From the IMG/VR virus record IMGVR_UViG_3300043411_002463, positions 22,751 to 86,750 of that record: 64,000 nucleotides of DNA; one strand, given 5' to 3'. The stretch is from a virus. The position numbers and the translations under genes are program-made. The notes under the pieces are model-generated. The model was given only the letters and a program-made list of their open reading frames with translations. It was not told the origin of the DNA and made no database searches. This document shows positions 21,212 to 32,213 of this stretch, one piece after another; the stretch's first letter is position 1, and every line of letters begins with the position of its first letter.

Positions 21212-22297
21212 ATGAAAATCAAAATACAACAATTTTTGTTTGGCAAATGCCATAGTTGGAGTATTGTTGCTCAAAACATTGCCAAACAATTGATTAAAAA
21301 TCATTCTGTAGATTTGGTTTCTACAGATGGCATTAAAGAAGCTTTTATTTCAAAAGAATTAAAAAAACATATCAAAATAACTCCTGATAAGTTATATGAT
21401 ATGCAATTATCATATACAATACCACATAATATGCCAAAATTTTTAAATTATGGCGCTAAAAATAGATTTGGAATTTGGTGTTATGAATTTCCTATAATAC
21501 CAGCTGAACAAATTAAATATATAAATAGTGCTTGTGATTTATTATTGCCTCCGTCAAATTTTGCACGAGATTCTTTTATTGAATGCAAAGCAAATGAGGA
21601 TAAAATAAAAGTATTACCTCACGGCATTAATTTAGAAGATTTTGAGAATAAAAATAAATATAAAATATCAACCAATAAAAAAATAAAGTTTTTAATTCCA
21701 TTAGGTCAACCTCATTTACGAAAGAATATTGTAAATACAGTAGAATATTTCTTTAAAACATTTGATAAAAATGATGATGTAGTTTTGATTTTAAAGGCTC
21801 CCAATAAAAAACCTGGTGGACATGATATTTCTGTTAATGAAACAGTAGCATCTTTAAAAAAGAAATATAAAAATCATCCAGAAATTAAATTAATTACAGA
21901 TTTTGTACCTAACATGGTTGAGTTATATAATGCGTGTGATGTTGTTTATTCTTTAACTAGAGCTGAGGCATTTTTTATGCCAGCTTTGGAAGGCTTTGCA
22001 GCTAATAAAGTTGTCATGGTACCCAGATATGGTGGTCAATTAGATTTTTGTCATGATGATAATTCTATTTTGTTTGATGGAAAAACAACACAAGCAGATA
22101 GAGAGGCATTGTATTGGCAGGGTGATATTAAAAATGTTTGGTTTGAATCTGATTTTGACGATGTAAGCTTTAAACTAAAACAAGTTGCAAATAATTATGA
22201 TGCTATATTACAAAGTAAACAAGAAAAAATGAAACATAAAATAAATGAATATACTTGGGAAAATGTAACTAAACAATTAATAGGATATTGCAAATGA
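21212..22297 (+). CDS. Glycosyltransferase, GT4 (GT-B)
   Basis: VLPHGI, RKNI and YNACDV...RAEAFFMPALEGFAA (E-x7-E motif). Confidence 0.85.
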   Translation: MKIKIQQFLFGKCHSWSIVAQNIAKQLIKNHSVDLVSTDGIKEAFISKELKKHIKITPDKLYDMQLSYTIPHNMPKFLNYGAKNRFGIWCYEFPIIPAEQIKYINSACDLLLPPSNFARDSFIECKANEDKIKVLPHGINLEDFENKNKYKISTNKKIKFLIPLGQPHLRKNIVNTVEYFFKTFDKNDDVVLILKAPNKKPGGHDISVNETVASLKKKYKNHPEIKLITDFVPNMVELYNACDVVYSLTRAEAFFMPALEGFAANKVVMVPRYGGQLDFCHDDNSILFDGKTTQADREALYWQGDIKNVWFESDFDDVSFKLKQVANNYDAILQSKQEKMKHKINEYTWENVTKQLIGYCK

Positions 22298-23049
22298 GTT
22301 CAAATGATTTTTTTGATATTATGATTGAAAAAGGAACTATTGAAAAAGTAAAATTATCAATAGTTATTCCTGTATTTAATAATTTTGGATTTACTAAATC
22401 TTGCATTAATGATTTATTAAAACTAAAAGAACCCCATGAAATAATAATTGTTGATAATGGTTCTACGGATGCGACTAGTGAATATTTACAAAATTTTAAG
22501 TTAGATGAAACAAATAATCATCATAGACTTATTTATTTAAAACTCAAAAAAAATACAGGTTTTGCATGTGCTTGTAATTCCGGCTATGACTGTTCAAACG
22601 CAGAGTATGTATTGTTTTTAAATAATGATATTAAAGTAAAATCTAATCATGAAAATTGGACAGATAATTTACTTGAAAGTGTTGGTGATGGATTAATTAG
22701 TCCTAATGGTGGGATTGTAGATAAAAATGGAAACTTCATAACAGAAACTGATGAAGTTGTTAATGGTAATTTCTATTTATCGGGTTGGTGTTTGCTTGGT
22801 AAGAAATCAATATTTGATAAGTTAAAAATTAACAATTATGTAGGACCATTTTCCGAAGAATTTGGTATTGCTTATTTTGAAGATACTGACATGGGTTTGC
22901 GCGCAGCCCAATTACAAATTCCAATGATGGTTCAAGCAGTACCAGTACATCATTTTGGGAAGCAAACAAGTGCCAAAGTAGGATTATCTCAGTTATATAT
23001 GCATGCAAAGCCAATATTTACGGCAAAGTGGAAAGGCAAATTAATATGA
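22294..23049 (+). CDS. Glycosyltransferase, GT2
   Basis: LSIVIPVFN, IIVDNGSTD, NTGFACACN, FLNNDI, YFEDTD. Start set at the ATGA overlap. Confidence 0.85.
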   Translation: MSSNDFFDIMIEKGTIEKVKLSIVIPVFNNFGFTKSCINDLLKLKEPHEIIIVDNGSTDATSEYLQNFKLDETNNHHRLIYLKLKKNTGFACACNSGYDCSNAEYVLFLNNDIKVKSNHENWTDNLLESVGDGLISPNGGIVDKNGNFITETDEVVNGNFYLSGWCLLGKKSIFDKLKINNYVGPFSEEFGIAYFEDTDMGLRAAQLQIPMMVQAVPVHHFGKQTSAKVGLSQLYMHAKPIFTAKWKGKLI

Positions 23050-23912
23050 TTCATGTTTTGACTTTAAATTGGAACGGTAAAGATAAGTTAGAAAGATTAG
23101 CTCCTGGCTTACTTGCAAACTTAGAACAAACTGGTGAAGAATATTGTTGGTTTATTAGAGATAATGGTTCTAAAGATGGTTCGGTGGAATTTATTAAAGA
23201 ACTTATGGAAAGTGGCAAGAAAGTTAAAGCTTTATTTGTCGATCATAATAGAAATAATTTTGCCCAGGGTGTAAATTCATTGGCAAAAATGGCACTAAGT
23301 GACAGATGTAAAGTAAATATTACTACTGAAAGTTTCATTTCTTTTAAAGATTTAGTTCCTAAGTTTGATACATTATTATTTATGAATAACGACATTGAAT
23401 TTCCAGAAGAAAATTCTTTAACTGAAATGGTTAATCTTTATAAGACATCTAATTCAGCGATGGTAGGATGTAGGTTACTTTATAATGGAACTGATAAATT
23501 ACAACATGCAGGAGTTATTTTTAGTCCCAAGTATGGCAACATGCCATATCATTATAGACATCAGGAAACCACATCAGAAGAAACTGAATCTAATAAGTTT
23601 TTCCAAGCCGTAACGGCAGCTGTTTGTCTTGTAAATTTTTCTGCTTTTTTGGAAGTGGACGGTATGGATGAAAGATTTCATTGGGCTTTTGAAGATATTG
23701 ATTTGTGTTTAAAAATAAAAGATATGGGACATAAAATATCTTATTGTGGAAAAACAAAAATATTCCATGAAGAAAGCGCTTCATTGAAAAAAAATCCAGT
23801 GAATAAAATGTTTATGGGACCTAACGTAGATCTTTTCAAGAAGAAGTGGTTCGGAAAATATAAGTTAGATCATGATGATTATCTTAAAAATCCAAAACAC
23901 TTAAATGTATGA
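23046..23912 (+). CDS. Glycosyltransferase, GT2
   Basis: VLTLNWN, DNGSKDGS, FMNNDI, LQHAG, AVTAAVCL, FEDIDLCL, HEESAS. Confidence 0.85.
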   Translation: MIHVLTLNWNGKDKLERLAPGLLANLEQTGEEYCWFIRDNGSKDGSVEFIKELMESGKKVKALFVDHNRNNFAQGVNSLAKMALSDRCKVNITTESFISFKDLVPKFDTLLFMNNDIEFPEENSLTEMVNLYKTSNSAMVGCRLLYNGTDKLQHAGVIFSPKYGNMPYHYRHQETTSEETESNKFFQAVTAAVCLVNFSAFLEVDGMDERFHWAFEDIDLCLKIKDMGHKISYCGKTKIFHEESASLKKNPVNKMFMGPNVDLFKKKWFGKYKLDHDDYLKNPKHLNV

Positions 23913-24835
23913 AAATAATTTATCCTTTTTCACCTATTATTTGGGAAAAAGATAAATATCTTAAGCCTCATATTATTCCAAAAGAATCTTATGAGGCTTT
24001 TGGTAATAATATTTATTTAATTAATTTTGGGACTTTGTCTCAAGTTTATTTCTCTTTATTCTTGTTTGAATTTTATAAGAAAAATTATCCTGACAAGAAG
24101 TTATTTTTTATTGGTAATCCAGAATATTATGAATTGGTTAGATGGCAAGGATTGGCTAAAGTTGTAGAAGAACATAATTTTACGCCTGATGTTCTTAAAA
24201 GATATCCTTGCCCAATATTTCATGATTTAGATGGAAATATATTTTATAATCCATTATATCAAATAAAATGTTTTACTGATGAACTCGGAATTCCAGTTAA
24301 AATGAACAAATCTAATTTAGAAATAACTATATTAAATAGTTTATGTATAGATAATTACAATTCATATAAAACATCTTTTAGACTTTTCCCAGAACCAAAA
24401 GATTATGATGTTAGTTTTGATAATTGGTTAAATCTAAATAAGTATATCTTACAGAAGGATCCTGTAATTTTGTTTTTACCAGAAAAACCAAATATCAATT
24501 ACAATTATAAGTATATTTTAACATCATTAAGTACTTATAAGCATGTGGTGGTTCTTAAAACAGATTATAGTGACTTAAATTCAAAGTTTAGCATTAAATA
24601 TAATCTTTTTAGATTAATATATTTGATGATTAATTATAAAAAAATAATAACCAATAATTTTAGTTTATACTGGGTGTTTTTTTGTTTACAGAAACAGCCT
24701 CATACTTATTTGAAAGAAAATATCTTTCCAAAGAAAAGTGCTACGCAATTTTGCGAAAAATTTGATATAGATAAATCGCAATGTAATTTCGTAAATTACT
24801 TTCAATATCAAGATTGTATTAATTTTTATAGGTAA
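23909..24835 (+). CDS. Putative divergent glycosyltransferase (GT9-like N-terminus)
   Basis: FGTLSQVYFSL...KKNYPDKKLFFIGNPEYYEL resembles the GT9 (heptosyltransferase) N-terminal motif; cluster context. Confidence 0.35.
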   Translation: MKIIYPFSPIIWEKDKYLKPHIIPKESYEAFGNNIYLINFGTLSQVYFSLFLFEFYKKNYPDKKLFFIGNPEYYELVRWQGLAKVVEEHNFTPDVLKRYPCPIFHDLDGNIFYNPLYQIKCFTDELGIPVKMNKSNLEITILNSLCIDNYNSYKTSFRLFPEPKDYDVSFDNWLNLNKYILQKDPVILFLPEKPNINYNYKYILTSLSTYKHVVVLKTDYSDLNSKFSIKYNLFRLIYLMINYKKIITNNFSLYWVFFCLQKQPHTYLKENIFPKKSATQFCEKFDIDKSQCNFVNYFQYQDCINFYR

Positions 24836-24840
24836 ATTTC

Positions 24841-25668
24841 ATGGATACTTTTTTTACAAGTCACCAATTGTCTGAAAACCCAGCAGAAGTGACTATAATG
24901 ATGGTAACATTCAATAGATTAGATTTAACTAAAAAAACCATAGAATCTTTAAAAGAAAATACTAAAAACATTATTAACTTAGTAATTGTAGATAATAAAT
25001 CTACTGATGAAACAGTTTTATATTTAGATTCTTTAGAAAAAGACAAAGAATTACAAAAAATAGTTTTCAATTTAATTTTAATTAAAAATAAAGAAAATTT
25101 AGGAATTGCAACTGCCAGGAATCAAGCTTTATTTTATGCAATCAATAAGCTAGATACCAAATACTTATCCACAATTGATAATGATATTAATATTCCTGAT
25201 GATTGGTTAAACAAATGCATGATAGCATTAGAAAACAATAAAATATATGGAATGATTGGTGTAAATTTTGAACCAGTTACTTATCCAATATTGTCTATAA
25301 ATAAATGCAATATTCAATATAAAAGAGAAGGAAATTTGGGCACGGCTTGTACTGTTTTTAGTAGAAGTTTGGCAAAAATGTTGGGTTATTTTAATAACAA
25401 AGATTATAGTCCTTTTTATGGTTTAGAAGATTCTGATTGGGGTTTTAGAGTTCGTGTTCTTGGAATGAAGCTTGGATATATTGTAGAGAATGGTGTTCAT
25501 TTGGGTGAAGGGCAAGCAGATGTTGGTGAGTATCGAGAATTTAAAACAAAAGAACATGATACTCATAAAGAAAAATTCTTTAAAATCTGCAGGGAGTATT
25601 TATCAAAAACAAAACCATTATACATGTCGTTTTCTACAAACCTTATAAAAGATATAAATGCTATTTGA
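24841..25668 (+). CDS. Glycosyltransferase, GT2
   Basis: VTIMMVTFNR, VIVDNKSTD, NLGIATARN, TIDND, YGLEDSD. Confidence 0.85.
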   Translation: MDTFFTSHQLSENPAEVTIMMVTFNRLDLTKKTIESLKENTKNIINLVIVDNKSTDETVLYLDSLEKDKELQKIVFNLILIKNKENLGIATARNQALFYAINKLDTKYLSTIDNDINIPDDWLNKCMIALENNKIYGMIGVNFEPVTYPILSINKCNIQYKREGNLGTACTVFSRSLAKMLGYFNNKDYSPFYGLEDSDWGFRVRVLGMKLGYIVENGVHLGEGQADVGEYREFKTKEHDTHKEKFFKICREYLSKTKPLYMSFSTNLIKDINAI

Positions 25669-27763
25669 AGTAACCGATAATGATTTGAAATCTCTTGTTA
25701 AAGTAGTGGCAGCTACTAAATATTCTAATGGATTTGTGCTTGAAGCAAAACAAGGGAAAATTGTTATTAATTCGTTCATTAATGGAAAGATAAATCTTTT
25801 CTTTAGAAGAATTTCAGGTAATGGTAAAGTTGTGATTAATGATTCTTGTTCTGCTAATCCAAAAGAGAAATCAATTATTTCAAAAATATCAGAATTATAT
25901 TGTATTGATTGTAATGAAAATTCTACTTTGGAAATTCATAGAACACCTGATAGTATTGGTGAGGTTTCTCTTTTTGGTTTATCTTTTGAAATGGATGATG
26001 AAGTGGCAAAAAATTGGAAAAATATAATAAAAAGATGTAAATCTTTTGGTGGTATTAAAATACTTAATAATAAATTAATTGCACTAGAAGGTGGCTATCT
26101 TGAACCAGCCAGCTCCATAGAACTAATTAAAACAACACCAAGCGATACAACTAGCATAAGAGATAATAAATTATTTTTCAAATATAAATGTGAAATTAAT
26201 GAGTTAGTTATAAATACGGAAAATGTACAAGAGCCTCTGTTTATAAACAGAGAACCTCCAACACCAATCATTTCTCCAAGCAAACCAATTGATGTTCCTG
26301 TTACTTATAATACAATCAATTCAATAAAGAATAATATAGAAGATATAAAATCTTATAAAGATAAGGTTATTTATGATTCTCATTCTATTAATGGCATTAG
26401 TAGAAAAAATTTCGCAATGCTTAAAGATAAAACCGTTAAGTTTATTGAGTCAGGCAATCAATCTTATATAGGAATTAAGCCGGGCGGAAATTTTTGTTTA
26501 AATATTTCTGATTTAGAACCAAATCATTATTATTTAGTTGTGATTAACGGTAAAAAATTAAGTGGCAATGGTAAGATTAAAGTAGGATTTTCTTCAGCAG
26601 GAATTGTGCAAGACAATAAGTTATTAAACTTTGATTCAACACAAGCAGACAGAAGTGCCGATTTAAAAATAGGTAATAAGTCTTATCCAGAAGAACAATT
26701 TAAGTTACATCTAATATCGCCATCAGATGCAACTGGCGAAGTCATAATTTCCAGAATTATGATAATAAGTTCTTTGTTGAATAAATTACCGCAGAATCAA
26801 AAGACAGCTGTAATTTCTAATAATTCATTATTTGGGTTTAAGTTTGATATTCCTATTACAGAAAGTTCAAACTTTGATGATTCAATTAAAAATTCAAATA
26901 GAAAAGCCTCTTTGTTTTTTAAAGAAAATCTAGAAAAAATAGAATCATTGCCTTTTAATTTTTACCCTCAAACATTTAATTCTTCTCAATATGTTGCAAG
27001 TATTTTAAATCAAACTCATGATTCTAGAGTTATTGATTTTTATAATCAGTTTGAAGAATTTGATAAAGCCAGCCAATCAGATTTAGCATTTACTAAGCTT
27101 GGTGAGATTAAATCAAGTGATAGAATATTTTTAGAAGAATGGGCATCTAATATTAATTTATCAGCTCATGATATTGACAAGCTATCCAATTGTAGAACTA
27201 TAATTACACCAAGCATTAGAAATGCGTTTATTTTAAAACATTCACTTAAAGGTAAAAATATTGGAATTAGAGTTGGTGAGAAATTAAGATTTATTCCAAG
27301 AAATATTCAATTTAATCCTAAAAAGTATTGGGTTTACATTGAAAAACATCCAGCATTTACTTCCAAAATAGTTAAAATGTGGGATGAAAGTTTACCACCA
27401 CTGTATATTGTTGGAAGTAATATAAATGTCCCAAGATTCATTAATAAGTTTTCAGAACATGAATCATATTTTAATTTAGTATCTTTGTTAGCTAATAGTA
27501 GTGGCTATTTAGATTTTAATTCTTGTTTACAATATAAGTCTTCTTGGATTGATTTGGCTTTGAATTTAGGATGTAGTGTTGTTACTAATAATTGCAATTA
27601 TGTTGATAAGGCTAAGATTTTAAATATAACCACAAATGATGAGATAAACAAATCATTAATTGTATCAGATTTAATAAATCCAATTAAAAAAGATGTCAAT
27701 TGGAATTATAATTTAAAAGTTATAGAAAATATTAAAAAAATAATTGGAGATTTGAATGATTAA
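25658..27763 (+). CDS. Multidomain protein: possible carbohydrate-binding domain plus degenerate GT-B C-terminus
   Basis: Beta-rich LEPNHYYLVVINGKKLSGNG segment. C-terminal IITPSIRNA and LALNLGCSVVTNN resemble GT4 elements. Confidence 0.35.
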   Translation: MLFEVTDNDLKSLVKVVAATKYSNGFVLEAKQGKIVINSFINGKINLFFRRISGNGKVVINDSCSANPKEKSIISKISELYCIDCNENSTLEIHRTPDSIGEVSLFGLSFEMDDEVAKNWKNIIKRCKSFGGIKILNNKLIALEGGYLEPASSIELIKTTPSDTTSIRDNKLFFKYKCEINELVINTENVQEPLFINREPPTPIISPSKPIDVPVTYNTINSIKNNIEDIKSYKDKVIYDSHSINGISRKNFAMLKDKTVKFIESGNQSYIGIKPGGNFCLNISDLEPNHYYLVVINGKKLSGNGKIKVGFSSAGIVQDNKLLNFDSTQADRSADLKIGNKSYPEEQFKLHLISPSDATGEVIISRIMIISSLLNKLPQNQKTAVISNNSLFGFKFDIPITESSNFDDSIKNSNRKASLFFKENLEKIESLPFNFYPQTFNSSQYVASILNQTHDSRVIDFYNQFEEFDKASQSDLAFTKLGEIKSSDRIFLEEWASNINLSAHDIDKLSNCRTIITPSIRNAFILKHSLKGKNIGIRVGEKLRFIPRNIQFNPKKYWVYIEKHPAFTSKIVKMWDESLPPLYIVGSNINVPRFINKFSEHESYFNLVSLLANSSGYLDFNSCLQYKSSWIDLALNLGCSVVTNNCNYVDKAKILNITTNDEINKSLIVSDLINPIKKDVNWNYNLKVIENIKKIIGDLND

Positions 27764-28733
27764 AGTTTTATATTTGCCTTTAAATGCAGGAAATCCACAA
27801 ACAGGAATGTATGATGCTTTTAATTCAATTCCAAATATTAACTTAAGTATTTTTGATTATTATGGATTATTTGAATCAAAAAGAAATAAGAATTTTGTTA
27901 ATGAATCTTTTATTAAAGCAGTTAAAGAATTTCAACCAGATTTAGTTCACATGCAGTTACAGATGACAGATATTATTGAACCATCTGCTATTATGGAAGC
28001 TCGCAAACAAGTTAATAAGAATGTTATTTTTACCAACTGGTCTGGAGATGTAAGAAACACAGCTTCAGCTGAAATATTAAAGATTGCTCCGGCGGTAGAT
28101 TTTACTTTCATTTCATCTGTTGGACAAATTCCATTATACCAGCAAGCAGGCTGTCAAAATGTTAGATATTGGCAAATAGGATATGATCCAAAAATATTCT
28201 TTCCCAAAAATCAAAGCAATTTCACTTATGATCTTGTGTTTGCAGGAAATGCATATCCTCCAGGGTTATTTGTTGATACTCAAAAACGTTATGATTTAAT
28301 AGTAAAATTAAAATCTTATTTTGGTGATAGATTTGGAGTGTTTGGGTCTGGATATAGACCAGACCTCAAAGCCAAGCCAATTTCAGGCTCAGAAGTTAAT
28401 AATGTCTACAATTCATCTTTATCTATTTTTAGTATGAGTAATTACAATGATATTTCTCATTATTTTTCAGATAGATTATTGACTTGTTTGGCTTCGGGTC
28501 GACCAACAATTTCTTATAACTTTCCAGATTATCAAAGTTATTTTTCAAACAATTGTGATATAATAATGGCATCTACTTTTGAAGAAATTGTTTCAATGGT
28601 AGAGTGGTGCAAATCAAACATGGACCAAGCAAATAGAATTGGACAGGCTGGAGCTAAAAAAGTTCAAAGCCAACATACATACAAGTCTAGAGTAATAGAG
28701 TTATTAAGACTATTAGGATTTTCACATGATTAA
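27756..28733 (+). CDS. Glycosyltransferase, CgeB-like GT-B family
   Basis: GYDPKIFFP, YDLVFAGN, YFSDRLLTCLASG, IGQAGAKKVQSQHTYKSR. Confidence 0.75.
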   Translation: MIKVLYLPLNAGNPQTGMYDAFNSIPNINLSIFDYYGLFESKRNKNFVNESFIKAVKEFQPDLVHMQLQMTDIIEPSAIMEARKQVNKNVIFTNWSGDVRNTASAEILKIAPAVDFTFISSVGQIPLYQQAGCQNVRYWQIGYDPKIFFPKNQSNFTYDLVFAGNAYPPGLFVDTQKRYDLIVKLKSYFGDRFGVFGSGYRPDLKAKPISGSEVNNVYNSSLSIFSMSNYNDISHYFSDRLLTCLASGRPTISYNFPDYQSYFSNNCDIIMASTFEEIVSMVEWCKSNMDQANRIGQAGAKKVQSQHTYKSRVIELLRLLGFSHD

Positions 28734-29304
28734 TTTAATTACTTCATATTATAAAGATTCAAACCAAGACAGAAGAAAAGAAATAGATTATTGTTTTTAT
28801 AAAAACTCAATATTATCTAATGTTAACTTTATTGTTTTAGAATCTCAAACAAGAGTTAAGTTTTGTGAATATTTTGACTATCTGAATAAAATAACAAATC
28901 CAGATGATGTTAATATTGTTTGCAATTCTGATGTTTATTTTGAATCCGAAATTTTACTATCTGAAAAAATTAAAGATGATCAAGCCTTTGCATTATCAAG
29001 ATGGGATTTGCAAAATGATGGTACTTTGAAGTTTTTTGATCGACCAGATAGTCAAGATGCTTGGGTCTTTAGGGGTAAGATTAGAAATGTTTATTCTGAT
29101 TTTTATATGGGCTATAGGGGTTGTGATAATCGTTTGGCTTATGAGCTAGCCCAAGGTGGCTATAGTGTATTTAATCCTTCAAAAACATTAAAATCAATTC
29201 ATGTACACACTTCTAATGTTAGAAACTATACATATAATGATAAATTAGTTGTACCAGGACCATACAAATCAATTGATACAAGATATCTTGAAGAAGTACC
29301 ATGA
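28726..29304 (+). CDS. Putative small GT-A-type glycosyltransferase
   Basis: IVCNSDVYF (NxD), ALSRW, SQDAWVF, GCDNR, HVH; cluster context. Confidence 0.45.
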   Translation: MINLITSYYKDSNQDRRKEIDYCFYKNSILSNVNFIVLESQTRVKFCEYFDYLNKITNPDDVNIVCNSDVYFESEILLSEKIKDDQAFALSRWDLQNDGTLKFFDRPDSQDAWVFRGKIRNVYSDFYMGYRGCDNRLAYELAQGGYSVFNPSKTLKSIHVHTSNVRNYTYNDKLVVPGPYKSIDTRYLEEVP

Positions 29305-30212
29305 ATATTATATTTTATAATCATTTCCATAATGGAGATATTCATTTATCTAGAACTTTTATTGAGAAAATTTCTTATTATCTATTGAATAATAGGTTAC
29401 ACTCAAATTTTTTCTATTCTCATAGAAATTCTCAGAAATTATTAAGAGATTTAACACCGCTTGTATCTTCTGATAATATTTTTTTTAAAATAGCTCATCA
29501 ATATAAATTATTTGAAGATAAAGATAATGCGTATTTTATTAATACTTGGTATGCTTCAAATTACAATAAGTATATGAATAATTATGGAATTACATTTGAT
29601 ACTTTATATGATTTATTTGATGATTTAACGAAAACATTGTGGAAATTTTCATTGGCTGATGTTGATTCTAACCCTGTTAATTTTTTCCCTAAGATTAATT
29701 ATGATAGATTTGAAATTAATAGTGCTAAGCAATTTTTAAGTAATATTAAACAAAAAAAAGTTTTTATTCAAAACGGATTGGCATTATCAGGACAAAGTAA
29801 TAACTTTAATTTCACCAATATAATTGCAAATTTATCTAAAAAATTCCCAGATCTATATTTTGTAATCTCTGACAATGATAGTAATTTACCATTTTTATAT
29901 AATGCCGAATTTAGTTCTAAAATAATTAATATAAAAGATAATGATTTAAATGAAAATGCATATATTTCATCTATGTGTGATGTGATAATTGGTAGGGCTA
30001 GTGGAAGCTTTACATTTGCATTTAATCAAGATAATTTGTTTAATAGAGAAACTCAATATATTTGTTTTAGTAATCTAATTCCTAAAAAACAATTTTGGTT
30101 AGGTGATAAATTCCATGATATAATTGATTATAAGGCTAAAATATTAAATAGCAATACGGCATCAGAAATAGAAGCTGAGCAAATTATTACTAAAGTTTTG
30201 GAGAAATTATGA
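29301..30212 (+). CDS. Putative GT-B glycosyltransferase
   Basis: N-terminal HFHNGD and C-terminal CDVIIGRASGSF resemble GT9-like motifs. Confidence 0.45.
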   Translation: MNIIFYNHFHNGDIHLSRTFIEKISYYLLNNRLHSNFFYSHRNSQKLLRDLTPLVSSDNIFFKIAHQYKLFEDKDNAYFINTWYASNYNKYMNNYGITFDTLYDLFDDLTKTLWKFSLADVDSNPVNFFPKINYDRFEINSAKQFLSNIKQKKVFIQNGLALSGQSNNFNFTNIIANLSKKFPDLYFVISDNDSNLPFLYNAEFSSKIINIKDNDLNENAYISSMCDVIIGRASGSFTFAFNQDNLFNRETQYICFSNLIPKKQFWLGDKFHDIIDYKAKILNSNTASEIEAEQIITKVLEKL

Positions 30213-30829
30213 AGTTATGTATTTTTGGAGCTGGTGGATTTGCTAAAGAAGTTGCTTGGTTAGCTAATGAGTGTGGTTTTGATGTAGCTGCCTTTATAGA
30301 TGTTAAAGAAAAAGAAGATGTATTAGGAATACCAGTCTATACCATTAATTATTTTGATCCACAAATGCATTCAGCAGTGATAGCCGTTGGGTCACCAGAT
30401 TTGAGAAAAAAAATAGTTAAAAATTTAAGTAATACTAATACTAAATTTACTACATTAATTCATCCATCTGTTCATGTAGGATTATATTCTATTATTGGAA
30501 GAGGTTCAGTTATTTGTGCAAATAGTATTATTACCTGTAATGTTAATTTGGGTAATTTTTCTCAAATTAATTTAGCAACTACTATTGGACATGATGTAAC
30601 TACTGGAGATTTTTTTACAACAGCACCACAAGTTGCAATCTCAGGTGGTTGTAATATAGGTTCGGAGGTATACTTTGGAACACATGCTTGTGCCTTAGAA
30701 AATTTAAATATATGTAGTAGAGTTATTGTAGGTGCATCTGCCACTATTACTAAAGATTTAGTTTCTGCAGGTACTTACGTTGGTACTCCTGCTAAATTAA
30801 TGTTGCCATCTCCTGCTTTAGAAACATGA
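30209..30829 (+). CDS. Sugar N/O-acetyltransferase, NeuD/PglD/PerB family
   Basis: IFGAGGFAKEV, AVGSPDLR, TLIHPS, hexapeptide repeats, catalytic IGHD, C-terminal YVGTPAK. Confidence 0.9.
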   Translation: MKLCIFGAGGFAKEVAWLANECGFDVAAFIDVKEKEDVLGIPVYTINYFDPQMHSAVIAVGSPDLRKKIVKNLSNTNTKFTTLIHPSVHVGLYSIIGRGSVICANSIITCNVNLGNFSQINLATTIGHDVTTGDFFTTAPQVAISGGCNIGSEVYFGTHACALENLNICSRVIVGASATITKDLVSAGTYVGTPAKLMLPSPALET

Positions 30830-31683
30830 ACTTTAGCTTTAATCAAGATAGAAGAGATAAAGTTTTAGGGTATGGTCAATATAAGATTGACAAGGAGACG
30901 GTTTGTTTTTTACCATTTAGGGGCGAGTTTGGGTGGTATCTAATGAACTTTGTGAAAAGAGTTCATGGATTTAATCATTCTAATAAGTGGGTCTTTTGTA
31001 AACCTGGACATGAAGTATTGTTTCCTAGTGCAACTAAATTCTTTTATGATTGGTCAGATGTTCCAGATGATAAAAAGGCAGGCGTAGTAGTTACTAAAGA
31101 TGAAGATTGGTTAAAATTTAAAATATTAACTGACTTTAATCTTTCTACAGACCAAATTCATTTTTGTTCTCCTTTAGAAACTTCATGGGAAGAAAAACTT
31201 TCTCTTGCTGAGTTTGCTCCAGAGTTAAATAATAGATTTGATAATAATTTAAAGGTTGATATTGTCTTAACTCCAAGACATAGAAAAGTAGATCCATTAA
31301 GGAATTGGAAACCAGAAATTTGGCAAGCTCTTATTTATAGATTAAAAGATTTAGGTTATTCAGTTGGAATATGTGGAGCTAAAGATTCTACCTTTCCACT
31401 TTTAGGAGCTGATTATTATTCATATGATTATGTTAATGTTGATTCTGATGTAGAATTAATGAAAAAATCTAAGTTGGTTATAACTTGTGAATCTGGTCTT
31501 TTATATTTATCATTTTTATGCAAATCTCCAACAATTTGTTTAGGTTTATGGCATGGAGATTTGGGCTCTATATTGCATAGACCTAAAAATGTATTTTTTA
31601 AAGAATGTCGTGAAGGTTGGGAAAATCCTGAAATTTTGGTTCAAGAAATTATAGGGTACATGACACACTCCTATGATATATAA
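30826..31683 (+). CDS. Putative glycosyltransferase (GT9-like)
   Basis: PFRGEFGW, RNWKPEIWQAL, LVITCESGLLYLSFLC. Confidence 0.55.
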   Translation: MNFSFNQDRRDKVLGYGQYKIDKETVCFLPFRGEFGWYLMNFVKRVHGFNHSNKWVFCKPGHEVLFPSATKFFYDWSDVPDDKKAGVVVTKDEDWLKFKILTDFNLSTDQIHFCSPLETSWEEKLSLAEFAPELNNRFDNNLKVDIVLTPRHRKVDPLRNWKPEIWQALIYRLKDLGYSVGICGAKDSTFPLLGADYYSYDYVNVDSDVELMKKSKLVITCESGLLYLSFLCKSPTICLGLWHGDLGSILHRPKNVFFKECREGWENPEILVQEIIGYMTHSYDI

Positions 31684-31689
31684 TGAGGC

Positions 31690-31983
31690 ATGAGTACTTT
31701 AGCAGAATTAATAGATAAATTAATAACAACAGATACAAAACTATATGATGTCCAATCTAATCTTTATGAGATTAGAAAAATGACTTTTGAAGAATTCAAA
31801 GAAGCATATTCATCAGATGAACAGATGATGAAGCTTTATACAACCTTTAAAAAGGCGTGTGACTTGAATGTTACCCGAAATCAATATATGTTTGCAATTG
31901 ATAAACAATTAGAATCAATTATCGATGAGCGTATTGCTGGTAAAAAAGAAGGTCATTCTTTCGACCCTCATAAAATTTATTAA
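31690..31983 (+). CDS. Small helical protein (DUF4254-like)
   Basis: TLAELIDKL...DLNVTRNQ...IDK pattern recalled from proteins that neighbour glycan clusters; not verified. Confidence 0.4.
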   Translation: MSTLAELIDKLITTDTKLYDVQSNLYEIRKMTFEEFKEAYSSDEQMMKLYTTFKKACDLNVTRNQYMFAIDKQLESIIDERIAGKKEGHSFDPHKIY

Positions 31984-32213
31984 TGAACCACTTGTACAAT
32001 AAGTTTAATTTCAATTCCTTTTTTAATGGAATTTCTGGTTTTTTATTTATAGATGAAAAGCCAGTTCTGATTTATTGGGAAAAAGAATTGGAAATTTATG
32101 TCATTGAAGGCAAAAATATAATACATGTTAGCTCGATAGCTGATTATGAAATGTCTAGGATTGAAGAGCAGGTTATAAGTGAATTTAGAAACAAATATTA
32201 TAAGCTACAATGA
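31983..32213 (+). CDS. Hypothetical protein
   Basis: 76-aa ORF translationally coupled on both sides (TAATG, ATGA). Confidence 0.55.
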   Translation: MNHLYNKFNFNSFFNGISGFLFIDEKPVLIYWEKELEIYVIEGKNIIHVSSIADYEMSRIEEQVISEFRNKYYKLQ

